Shown here: in pieces, positions 1 through 8,745 of the stretch | How the letters are laid out: each line of letters opens with the position of its first letter | Numbering within the stretch: the stretch's first letter is position 1 | Origin: Candidatus Gastranaerophilales bacterium | GTDB lineage: Bacteria; Cyanobacteriota; Vampirovibrionia; Gastranaerophilales; Gastranaerophilaceae | DNA length: 64,000 bases | Direction of reading: 5' to 3' | Assembly: GCA_944325085.1 (NCBI GenBank) | Contig: CALUYT010000061.1 | Span: 29,241-93,240 of the forward strand | Program-made: the position numbers and the translations under genes | Notes under the pieces: model-generated | Seen by the model: the letters and a program-made list of their open reading frames with translations, nothing else | Database searches by the model: none | Told to the model about the DNA's origin: nothing

Positions 1-41
1 GCAACTTGTGGATCTGTTTGTTTTAAATGTTCCAAATTCAT
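1..41 (-). CDS. glyA: Serine hydroxymethyltransferase, first 13 codons only (gene runs off the left edge)
   Basis: Minus-strand ATG at 41 preceded by AAAGGGAGAG Shine-Dalgarno. Reads MNLEHLKQTDPQVA, resembling the conserved L-x-QTDP-x-[IV] start of SHMT. Only 41 nt are visible, so the call is tentative. Confidence 0.35.
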   Translation of the reverse strand, partial: MNLEHLKQTDPQV

Positions 42-101
42 ACACTCTCCCTTTTTAATTTCCATTATACTTTCTAAAAGGGATTTCGCAAGTTTGTTAA
101 T

Positions 102-656
102 TTATTTTGTTTTTGTGTTTTCTTCTTTTAATACAGACATGATATTATCTGTATCTCTAGTTAAAATTATGTAATTATTATTCTTTGAATCTATTATGCA
201 GGCATTTAAAAAACATTCATCTGCAATATCCAGAATTTTTTCATGTGTTTGGTTAAGTACTATTGCAGCATTACATGTTTTTTTGTCCCCAATTGTTGTT
301 ATTTCGGTTATTGCATTTTTTTGTATTATATACTTATAATTTAAATTTGCTTCTTTTAATTTTTTTGTCATATCTTTATGAAATAACCAGTTATTTTTTA
401 TATCAAAGGAGTTGGTATCATAATTGTATGTGAAAACTTTTTGGTCTGAATTAAATAGTTCTGGATATACATTATATTTTTTAGAATCTTCTTTAATATT
501 TTTTGGTAAACTTTTAACTTCACTACTAGCTGCTCTTATTATGACAAATGGACTATTCTTGTTTTGAATATAACGATTGCAGAGTATAAAAAGATCTCCA
601 ATAATTAGAAGTGTAAGTAATCCTAGTACGATTTTATCTATATTATTTAATTTCAT
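102..656 (-). CDS. Hypothetical membrane-anchored protein (one N-terminal TM helix)
   Basis: 184-aa ORF with K/N-rich composition typical of real genes here. N-terminal hydrophobic helix IVLGLLTLLIIGDLFIL. Lies 17 nt after nagZ on the same strand. No recognisable family. Confidence 0.6.
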   Translation of the reverse strand: MKLNNIDKIVLGLLTLLIIGDLFILCNRYIQNKNSPFVIIRAASSEVKSLPKNIKEDSKKYNVYPELFNSDQKVFTYNYDTNSFDIKNNWLFHKDMTKKLKEANLNYKYIIQKNAITEITTIGDKKTCNAAIVLNQTHEKILDIADECFLNACIIDSKNNNYIILTRDTDNIMSVLKEENTKTK

Positions 657-673
657 ATATACCCTCCAACTTA

Positions 674-1645
674 TTATATAAAGTATTTATTTTTTAGTTT
701 TGTAATTTTATTATATGATAGATTTATTTTTTTTGTTAAATTTTTATCATTTTGTGCGATTTTGTAAATATTTTCAATAATATTAATTGTGTTTGGTGTT
801 GAATTTCTATAGATTAGCATATTAACACCTGCATTAATTGCCATAAGAGCGGCTTCTGTTTCTCCAAATTTAGCAACACCTTTCATAATCATATCATCTG
901 AAATTATGATGCCATCGTATTTAAGGGTTTCTCGTAGATATTTTATTGCATTTTTGCTTAATGATGTAGGTATTGTTTCTTTTTCAAAACATGTGCAATG
1001 TAAATGTGCAATCATAATCATTTCAATGCCATTTTCTATGGCATATTTGAAAGGTTTTATGTGTGTTGATTCCATTTCTTGTAAAGATAAATTTATTTCC
1101 GGTAGGGTTAAATGGCTATCTGTTGAAGCATCACCATGTCCTGGGAAATGCTTAACACAAGGTATGATGCCTAATTTTGAATATGTATTAGAAACAATTT
1201 TTTCGCCTTCTATAACTTCATTTGGGTTAGACGAAAATGCTCGTTCTCCAATAATTGGATTGTTAGGGTTTGTGTTTGTGTCTATACAAGGTGCAAAATT
1301 AAGGTTTATACCATATGATTTTAATTCTTGTGCAATTTGTTCGGTTTGTTCTTCTAGAAATTTTATTCCTTTTTGGTATGCATATTTTGCAGATAAATAT
1401 TTTTTACCGTTGTGTATATTTTCAGTTCTTTCTACTCTTCCGCCTTCTTGGTCTATTGATAAAAATGGCGGAATAAGACTTTCTGATTTTATTTCATTTA
1501 TCAGGTTTTTCAATTGGTCTTTAGTTTGTATATCTTTTGTGAAAAATATTATACCTCCAAGACCTTGTTTTAGTGCTTGTTTATATCCTTCGCCTTCAGT
1601 TCCAAGAATGAACATTTGATATAATTTTTCTTTTAGAGTAACCAT
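674..1645 (-). CDS. nagZ: Beta-N-acetylhexosaminidase, glycoside hydrolase family 3
   Basis: GH3 motifs SIDQEGGRVERT and KHFPGHGDASTDSH. About 320 aa, no signal peptide, as in cytoplasmic NagZ. Confidence 0.85.
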   Translation of the reverse strand: MVTLKEKLYQMFILGTEGEGYKQALKQGLGGIIFFTKDIQTKDQLKNLINEIKSESLIPPFLSIDQEGGRVERTENIHNGKKYLSAKYAYQKGIKFLEEQTEQIAQELKSYGINLNFAPCIDTNTNPNNPIIGERAFSSNPNEVIEGEKIVSNTYSKLGIIPCVKHFPGHGDASTDSHLTLPEINLSLQEMESTHIKPFKYAIENGIEMIMIAHLHCTCFEKETIPTSLSKNAIKYLRETLKYDGIIISDDMIMKGVAKFGETEAALMAINAGVNMLIYRNSTPNTINIIENIYKIAQNDKNLTKKINLSYNKITKLKNKYFI

Positions 1646-1646
1646 T

Positions 1647-2240
1647 TTAACCTTCGTAAATTAAATTATATACTTCAAACATTTTTACTAATTCTCCAGT
1701 TTTTACTGCTGTTTGAATTGAATTATATATTTTTTCTAAATCTTGTTGCTCTGGAGTTTTTAGAACTTTTGGTATTATTATGTCTGATGTTGTTTTTGTA
1801 TTTACAAATCCTTGATTTAAAGTTATAAATTCTTTGTATATTTCAAGTGTTTTTATGTAATCAGGGTTTATTTTGTAGTCAAGATTAAGATAATATTTTG
1901 CATCTTTTTTTAATTGTTCAAAATATTTTATTGAATAATCTATTTCTTTTAATGTTTCTTCTTCGTTATATTCACCATTTAAGCAAGGATTATTTTGAAT
2001 TAGTGCATCTTCATTGTTTTTTATATAAATTGCCCAAAGTAAGCATCCAAGATAAAATCCTATATTATTATCAACAATATTTATAAGTTGTGGATAAATC
2101 ATTTTGAATTTCATCTTTTTTTGTCCAAAATTTTTAAATTGGTTAATACTTGCGTATATGTATTCTGTATTTAAAGATAAAATTGATGTGTATTGTGCAA
2201 ATCCAGGATCAAAAAGTACACTTTTGTTTTCTGTTGTCAT
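1647..2240 (-). CDS. Hypothetical protein
   Basis: 197-aa ORF abutting both the upstream hydrolase gene (stop 2241 / start 2240) and nagZ (1-nt gap), implying translational coupling. No recognisable motif. Confidence 0.6.
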   Translation of the reverse strand: MTTENKSVLFDPGFAQYTSILSLNTEYIYASINQFKNFGQKKMKFKMIYPQLINIVDNNIGFYLGCLLWAIYIKNNEDALIQNNPCLNGEYNEEETLKEIDYSIKYFEQLKKDAKYYLNLDYKINPDYIKTLEIYKEFITLNQGFVNTKTTSDIIIPKVLKTPEQQDLEKIYNSIQTAVKTGELVKMFEVYNLIYEG

Positions 2241-3434
2241 TTATTTAACCTCTGATTTTTTGTCTCGTTTGTTTAACATTTCAGTTTGATAATCTTTATC
2301 ATAGTAAAATTTTGTTCCATTAACAAAACCTTTAACTACACTTTTAGCAAAGGTATTTCTTGCAGACCAATAAGAAGTATGAGCAAAAAATGCAGGTCTG
2401 CGAGACCAGACTCCAGAGTTATCATAGATAACACCTGTCGGATTATTTAGGGTTATATTTAAGATATTTTGGATCTCGTCCGGCGTAAGATTTTGTGTTG
2501 TTGGAAAACCTAAAGGATCTTCTCTAAAATTGATTGTTAGGAAATATATTCCTTTTTCTAATATATATTTTGTCATATATATATTGAAGAAGTTGATTTC
2601 ATAGTTTTTATCAGCTAAGTCTGAATAAAATAATGGGATTGGACTGGCAAAATTAACGACTCCTTTAACATAACCTTCAGGAGCACAATATTTGTCGGTC
2701 ATTTCATCCATTTTAAGATAATTTTCTTTTAATTTTTCATTGTTTTGATTTAGTACAATCTGACCTGTATTTGTAATTGTTCCTATATTCCCTTTTGTAC
2801 TGGATAGGGCTGATAAACAGGTCTTTTTTCTTGGGTTTTCTTCTACAAATTTTATTATATCTTCATCTGCATTTAGGGCTTTGACTAAAGCGAGTTGATT
2901 TATGTAAGGTAATTTGTATAACATATATTGATATGTTACGAAGCTTCCTGCAGAATAACCATATAAAATGACATTTTGTCCATTTGCGGCTTGGTTTTTA
3001 ATTTCTTCATTTAAGTTATCTAAAATTGGTAGCATATTATGTGTTTTTTGAACCCAGATAGCATCATGCATAAATTGGGTTAAAAGACTTCTTATTTCGT
3101 ATGCTAGGATTGAACTAAAAGCTTTTGATAAATCAATTCTTTCTTTTACAAAATCTAAATCTGTTTTGCTATCGTATCCCCAGAAAAATATTTGTGGATT
3201 ATCATTAATCACAAGATTATGAGTTTGTGACCATTTTTGTATTTGTGGATTTTGTTCAAATTTTTCTTTTAAAACAGGATGAAGTTTTTTCACTCCATTA
3301 ATGTACCAGTCTTTCATTTTTGTATCGTTGTTATTAGAACCATTAATGTACAAGAATGTAAGGTTTGTTGTTTGTGCGCTTGCTGGAATTTGTAATAATC
3401 CAAGGCAAAGTATTGTTAATAAAATCTTTTTCAT
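2241..3434 (-). CDS. Secreted alpha/beta-hydrolase (lipase/esterase-like)
   Basis: N-terminal signal peptide MKKILLTILCLGLLQIPASA. Nucleophile-elbow G-x-S-x-G motif (LYGYSAGSF). 397 aa. Confidence 0.6.
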   Translation of the reverse strand: MKKILLTILCLGLLQIPASAQTTNLTFLYINGSNNNDTKMKDWYINGVKKLHPVLKEKFEQNPQIQKWSQTHNLVINDNPQIFFWGYDSKTDLDFVKERIDLSKAFSSILAYEIRSLLTQFMHDAIWVQKTHNMLPILDNLNEEIKNQAANGQNVILYGYSAGSFVTYQYMLYKLPYINQLALVKALNADEDIIKFVEENPRKKTCLSALSSTKGNIGTITNTGQIVLNQNNEKLKENYLKMDEMTDKYCAPEGYVKGVVNFASPIPLFYSDLADKNYEINFFNIYMTKYILEKGIYFLTINFREDPLGFPTTQNLTPDEIQNILNITLNNPTGVIYDNSGVWSRRPAFFAHTSYWSARNTFAKSVVKGFVNGTKFYYDKDYQTEMLNKRDKKSEVK

Positions 3435-3511
3435 AATATATATATTTTAGCACAAGCGTTTTTTGACATGAAATTTTTACAATATTGTAATTATATGTTA
3501 ATCTTTTCGAT

Positions 3512-4159
3512 ATGAAAGATTTTTTTATTGGTTTATTAGATTGGATATATAAGAAAAAATGCTATTTTTGTGGAAGTTCTAAAGAATCTGTCAAAATGTG
3601 TTCTAAGTGTTTTGAGGAATTAGAATTTTTGCCTGTCCAAGTAAATCGTAAATATAATGGAGTAAGTATATATTGTGCAGGGGTGTATTCAAAAAATCTT
3701 CAAAAAATGATAAGAGGTTTGAAATATCATAAACAAAAGGAACTTGCATATTATCAGGCAAAATTTATGTGGGAGTATTGGACAAGGTTAAATATTGATG
3801 GTGATTTCCAAATTGTACCTGTACCTATATATCCAAAACGTAAAAAGCAAAGAAAATATAACCATATGGAATTGGTTGCAGATGAATTGGCAAAATTTTC
3901 AGGTTATGAAGTTAATTTTAATTTGATAAAGCGAATTAAAGATACAAGACCCCAATATAAATTGAATAAAAGTCAAAGAATGTTAAATTTAGACAAGGCG
4001 TTTGAAGTTCATAAAGAAAATCTAATTCCGGATAAGAAAATTTTGATTATAGATGATATCTGTACAACAGGTGCTACTTTTGAGGAAATGATAAAAGAGT
4101 TTAATAAAGTTGGTATTTGTGATATAACTTGTTTTGCGACAACAACACCTTGGATGTAA
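3512..4159 (+). CDS. comFC: ComF family protein (phosphoribosyltransferase domain with N-terminal Cys4 finger)
   Basis: N-terminal CYFCG...CSKC zinc-finger-like motif and C-terminal PRTase signature LIIDDICTTGATF. Confidence 0.8.
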   Translation: MKDFFIGLLDWIYKKKCYFCGSSKESVKMCSKCFEELEFLPVQVNRKYNGVSIYCAGVYSKNLQKMIRGLKYHKQKELAYYQAKFMWEYWTRLNIDGDFQIVPVPIYPKRKKQRKYNHMELVADELAKFSGYEVNFNLIKRIKDTRPQYKLNKSQRMLNLDKAFEVHKENLIPDKKILIIDDICTTGATFEEMIKEFNKVGICDITCFATTTPWM

Positions 4160-4163
4160 GTTT

Positions 4164-4484
4164 ATGATAATTTCAGAATTTGCAAAATATTTACAACAAC
4201 ATAATGACGAACTTTTAACCAGAAAAACAACCCCGTTAAAACTTTTACATGAGTGGTTAAAATCTGTTATCAATAAAAATCCCAAAAACAATATTGATAA
4301 AATTGTTCATCGAGAAATTTTGTATTGCGAAAATTCAAATGGAGATTATTTAATTGTTGGAAAATCTGATAGTGGCAGGGTTTTAGTTGATGCACTTATA
4401 AAGTTTGCAAAAAGTTATGAAAATTATAACCATGCAAAGTGGATACATTTGACTGAGCAGGCTTTATATAAAACTGATAAATAA
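4164..4484 (+). CDS. Hypothetical protein
   Basis: ORF track 4134..4484. ATG at 4164 avoids overlap with comF (stop 4159). No recognisable family. Confidence 0.45.
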   Translation: MIISEFAKYLQQHNDELLTRKTTPLKLLHEWLKSVINKNPKNNIDKIVHREILYCENSNGDYLIVGKSDSGRVLVDALIKFAKSYENYNHAKWIHLTEQALYKTDK

Positions 4485-4487
4485 TTT

Positions 4488-4873
4488 TTATGATTTGATT
4501 TCTTCAACGTTTAGTTTTTGGAATAATTTTTGCTCTTTGTTGCTTACTATGTAAATAGGTATAAGTCCACTAATTAATCCTGCAATAACTGTAATCCAGC
4601 CAAGGAAATTGCCATCTATATTTTTCATATGTTTTAAACCAGCTCCCAGTGTAATTCCGGCTCCGGCTAAGACGCTAAGTCCAACTGTTATAAGTTTATT
4701 TTTTTCTGATTTTTTATTTTGGTTACAAATTCATCGGTATTTTCTTTAGGTACAATAAAAGTTCTGTTTAAAGTACGTTTAGGATTTTTTAAGTCAGGTT
4801 TTGTTTCATTGTATGATGAAACTTGGTTTTTATTGCTATTGGGTATTGGTGTTATTTCTACTTTAAATGACAT
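4488..4873 (-). pseudogene. Frame-interrupted paralogue of the two-TM protein at 37493..37846 (pseudogene, sequencing indel or slippage-dependent gene)
   Basis: ORF 4688..4873 ends at TAA. The -1 frame is open from 4730 to 4488 and encodes two Gly/Ala-rich TM helices. The join is colinear with ORF 37493..37846. A7 tract (plus-strand T7, 4699..4705) lies in the frame-overlap window. Confidence 0.6.
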
Positions 4874-4989
4874 TTATGAAACATTCATTTGTTGCTTTTA
4901 TATATTATAATTATAAGCAAAAAAATAATTGCTTTTATTTGTTATAATTAGTTATATATGTTAACATAAAGTTTATATGAGGTTTTATT

Positions 4990-5646
4990 ATGCAATTAAA
5001 TCCTAAATTTAAGCTAAATGGTATCAATAATGAAATTATTTTTATAAAAGATAATCAAATTGTAGATGGTTCCGAAATTAAAGGTTTGAGTATTACAATT
5101 ACTGGTGATAATAACAAAGTTACAATAGAATTGCCGTCAAATTTTATAAACGTTGCTATTGTTATGGACGGTAATAATAATGAATTTTATTTAAAACCCA
5201 CAAAGCATAGAACAATTAGACATACAACTTTTGGAATAGAAGGTGGTTCTAAAATTTCTGTTGGGTCAGGACTTTCTGTTTATAGAGATGTTCATATTGT
5301 TGCAAAAAACGGTAAGAATATTTCTATTGGTGATGAATGTATGTTTGCTCGTGAAATTATGATTAGAAATAACGATGGTCATATCATTTTAGATAGAAAA
5401 ACAGGTGAGCTTTTAAATCCTCCGGAAGATATTGTTATTGGAAACAATGTTTGGCTTGGTATGAGAGTTTTGATATTTAAAGGTTCTGTGGTTCCTGATG
5501 GATCTGTTGTAGGTGCAGGTTCTTTGGTTAATAAGAAGTTTGATGAAGAAAATATTTTAATCGCAGGTTCTCCGGCTAAGAAAATCCGTTCTGATATCGA
5601 ATGGAGAAGAGAAGATTTTGCTAAATATGTGAAAAGCAATATTTAG
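4990..5646 (+). CDS. Hexapeptide-repeat (left-handed beta-helix) acyl/acetyltransferase
   Basis: Hexapeptide repeats IGNNVWLGMRVLIFKGSVVPDGSVVGAGSLV. Size and layout resemble sugar O-acetyltransferases. Confidence 0.75.
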   Translation: MQLNPKFKLNGINNEIIFIKDNQIVDGSEIKGLSITITGDNNKVTIELPSNFINVAIVMDGNNNEFYLKPTKHRTIRHTTFGIEGGSKISVGSGLSVYRDVHIVAKNGKNISIGDECMFAREIMIRNNDGHIILDRKTGELLNPPEDIVIGNNVWLGMRVLIFKGSVVPDGSVVGAGSLVNKKFDEENILIAGSPAKKIRSDIEWRREDFAKYVKSNI

Positions 5647-5723
5647 TGTTTGTAAAGTTTTAGGCTAAAAACTTTTGTTTGTGTTATACTTATATCAAGG
5701 AGTATAGACTGGAGGGAAGAGTA

Positions 5724-8279
5724 TTGACTCAGCAAAATATGTTTGATCACGGGAAAATAGTTCCTGTTAATATAAGAGAGGAAATGAAACGTTCTTATAT
5801 CGATTATGCGATGAGTGTAATTGTAGGACGTGCATTACCGGATGTTAGAGATGGTTTGAAACCTGTTCATAGACGTATTTTATATGCGATGAATGAACTT
5901 GGAATGTATCCGGATAAACCATTTAAAAAATGTGCTCGTATTGTTGGTGAAGTTTTAGGTAAGTATCACCCACACGGTGACAGTTCTGTATATGAAGCTT
6001 TGGTTCGTATGGCTCAAGACTTCTCTACTAGATACTTGATGGTTGACGGGCATGGAAACTTTGGTTCTGTTGACGGTGATGGAGCTGCTGCAATGCGTTA
6101 TACAGAAGCTCGTATGCACAAAATTACTCAGTCAATGCTTGCAGATATCGATTGTGAAACAGTTGAGTTTGAACCAAACTTTGATGGTTCATTGCAAGAA
6201 CCTTCTGTTCTTCCTGTTAGATTACCAATGTTATTATTAAATGGTGTTTCAGGTATTGCTGTTGGTATGGCAACTAATATTCCACCACATAATTTGTGTG
6301 AAATTGTTGATGGAACAATCGCTTTGATTGATAATCCTAGAATTACTGTTCCTGAACTTATGGAATATATCAAAGGCCCTGATTTTCCTACAGCTGCAAC
6401 TATTATTGGGCTAAATGATATTAAGCAAGCTTATGAAACAGGCAGAGGCTCTATAAAGATGTCTGCTGTTGCAGGATTTGAAGAAATAGCAGGTGGTGGC
6501 GGTCGTCAAGCCAGAACAGCTATTGTTGTTACTGAAATTCCATACCAGGTTAATAAAGCTCAGTTAATTGAAAAAATTGCTGAACTTGTTAAAGATCAAA
6601 GAATTAATGGCATTTCTGATATTCGTGATGAATCTGACCGTGAAGGTATGAGAATTGTTATCGAATTGAAACGTGATGCTAAACCTGATGTTGTTAAAAA
6701 TAATTTATTCAAATACACTCAATTATCTACAACATTTGGTGTTAATATGGTTGCACTTTGTGGTAAGCAACCTCGTTTGATGAATTTGTATGAAGTATTA
6801 AATGAATTTGTTGAACACAGAATTGAAATAGTTACAAGAAGAACTATTTTCTTCTTGAAAAAAGCTAAAGTAAGAGCTCATATATTAGCTGGTTTAATCA
6901 TTGCATTAGGTTCTATTGATGAAGTTATTGAACTTATCAAAAAATCTAAAACAACAGATGATGCTCGTGAAGGTTTGATGAGTCGATTTGGTTTGGATGC
7001 TGATCAAGCAAATGCAATTTTAGAAATGCAATTAAGACGTTTGACAGGATTAGAACAAGACAAAGTTAAAGCTGAATATGATGAGTTATTGAAAAAGATT
7101 GAAGAATATGAATCAATTTTGGCAAGTCGTCAAAAAATCTTGGATATTATTAAAACTGAATTGTTAGAAGATAAAGAAAAATATGGCGATGATAGAAAAA
7201 CTCAAATTTTACCTGAACAAGGTGAAGTTACTATTGAAGATTTGACTCCAAATACCCCTATGGCAGTATTTATTACTCATCAAGGATATTTGAAACGTAT
7301 ATCTTTAGATACATTTGAGCGTCAAAACCGTGCTACAAGAGGTAAATCAGGAATTAAAACAAAGGATGATGATGATATTCAACACTTCTTTACAGCTATG
7401 ATGCATGATAAAGTATTGTTCTTCTCATCTAAGGGTACCGTTTATAGTTTGAATGTTTATGACTTCCCAGAAGGTGGTCGTCAATCAAAAGGCCTTCCTA
7501 TTGTGAATGTTTTACCGATTGATCAGGATGAACGCATTACAGCGGTGGTTCCTGTAAGTTCATTCTCTAAAGACTTGAATTTAATTATGCTTACTAAAAA
7601 AGGTAATATTAAACGTATTGAGTTAGATAACTTCTCTAATATCAGAAGAAACGGTATTATTGCGATAGGTTTAGATGAAGGTGATAGCTTATGCTGGGTT
7701 AAACTTGCAACAGCTAAGGATGAAATTATCATCGGAACATCTTGCGGTATGGCAATAAGATTCCCAATTCAAGACTTAAGACCTTTGGGCAGAAGTGCAA
7801 GAGGTGTAATTTCTATGAAATTACGTACAGGTGATGAAATTGTAGGATGTGATATCGTTCCTCAAGATTATGATGCAGATTTGCTTGTTGTAACTTCTGA
7901 CGGTTTTGGTAAACGTACTAAGTTATCTGAATTTAGAACTCAAAACAGAGGTGGCATCGGTTTGATTGCTACTAAGTTTAAATCAAGTACATCAAGACTT
8001 GTTGCCTTGACTATTGTTAAAGAATCTGATGATATTATGTTAGTAACATCAAATGGTGTTGTTACAAGATTGAATGCAGGTTCAATTTCTCAACAAGGTC
8101 GTCCTGCAACAGGTGTTAGAGCTCAAAACTTATCAGAAAATGATACTGTATGTTCAGTTAATAAAATTCTTAACCCTGATGAAGATGATGTAACAATTAA
8201 ATCTTCTTCTTCTCCTGTGGCAGAACCTGTAGAAGAAGAAGTTCAACAGACAAGTTTGCTTGATGGAAATGAAGAGTAA
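5724..8279 (+). CDS. gyrA: DNA gyrase subunit A
   Basis: [48 protein letters not shown] and [10 protein letters not shown] (catalytic Tyr), with C-terminal beta-pinwheel repeats. Start chosen at TTG 5724, 8 nt after GGAGG (5711..5715). The ORF track opens at 5679, and ATG 5739 is an alternative. Confidence 0.95.
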   Translation: MTQQNMFDHGKIVPVNIREEMKRSYIDYAMSVIVGRALPDVRDGLKPVHRRILYAMNELGMYPDKPFKKCARIVGEVLGKYHPHGDSSVYEALVRMAQDFSTRYLMVDGHGNFGSVDGDGAAAMRYTEARMHKITQSMLADIDCETVEFEPNFDGSLQEPSVLPVRLPMLLLNGVSGIAVGMATNIPPHNLCEIVDGTIALIDNPRITVPELMEYIKGPDFPTAATIIGLNDIKQAYETGRGSIKMSAVAGFEEIAGGGGRQARTAIVVTEIPYQVNKAQLIEKIAELVKDQRINGISDIRDESDREGMRIVIELKRDAKPDVVKNNLFKYTQLSTTFGVNMVALCGKQPRLMNLYEVLNEFVEHRIEIVTRRTIFFLKKAKVRAHILAGLIIALGSIDEVIELIKKSKTTDDAREGLMSRFGLDADQANAILEMQLRRLTGLEQDKVKAEYDELLKKIEEYESILASRQKILDIIKTELLEDKEKYGDDRKTQILPEQGEVTIEDLTPNTPMAVFITHQGYLKRISLDTFERQNRATRGKSGIKTKDDDDIQHFFTAMMHDKVLFFSSKGTVYSLNVYDFPEGGRQSKGLPIVNVLPIDQDERITAVVPVSSFSKDLNLIMLTKKGNIKRIELDNFSNIRRNGIIAIGLDEGDSLCWVKLATAKDEIIIGTSCGMAIRFPIQDLRPLGRSARGVISMKLRTGDEIVGCDIVPQDYDADLLVVTSDGFGKRTKLSEFRTQNRGGIGLIATKFKSSTSRLVALTIVKESDDIMLVTSNGVVTRLNAGSISQQGRPATGVRAQNLSENDTVCSVNKILNPDEDDVTIKSSSSPVAEPVEEEVQQTSLLDGNEE

Positions 8280-8303
8280 TTAATTGTTAATGATCTTATC
8301 TTG

Positions 8304-8732
8304 ATGCGGAAGGAATATATGATAAATAAACTGAAGTTATATTTTGTGCTTGTATTATTAGTATCAATAAATAGTCTATGTTTTGCGGCAAATGTCGGTA
8401 ATGAACTTGATAATAGTGCGCGAAATATAAATAAGATAAAGATACGCCAAACAATTAAAGAAATTTCTATGATGAATGAAGCTATGGGAAGAGGAAAAGA
8501 TTTGGGTTATTCTTCTTCCGGATTGGCTAAATATTTTGAATTGGGTATGGCAAGAGTTACAGCAAAAGAAAATACCTTATATACTCAGCAGATTGGCATT
8601 TGGACATTTGTTGGTGATGGAAATTGTTCTCAGCCTGGCAAATGTTATGTTAAAGTTAAGATAACCAATCCTGATGATGAATTTACTATTCCTTTGATAA
8701 AGAATTCAAAAGGCTATATAACTGTCAAATAA
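8304..8732 (+). CDS. Small secreted hypothetical protein
   Basis: Signal peptide KLKLYFVLVLLVSINSLCFAANVG. Possible starts at 8301 (TTG), 8304 or 8319 (ATG, after GGAAGGA). No known family. Confidence 0.55.
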   Translation: MRKEYMINKLKLYFVLVLLVSINSLCFAANVGNELDNSARNINKIKIRQTIKEISMMNEAMGRGKDLGYSSSGLAKYFELGMARVTAKENTLYTQQIGIWTFVGDGNCSQPGKCYVKVKITNPDDEFTIPLIKNSKGYITVK

Positions 8733-8745
8733 AGGTATATTAAAT

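Noticed and set aside
906-1619. 237-aa plus-strand ORF inside nagZ
   Set aside because: It is fully antisense to a gene with unmistakable GH3 motifs. Its S/F/C/I-rich composition is typical of antisense frames in AT-rich DNA.
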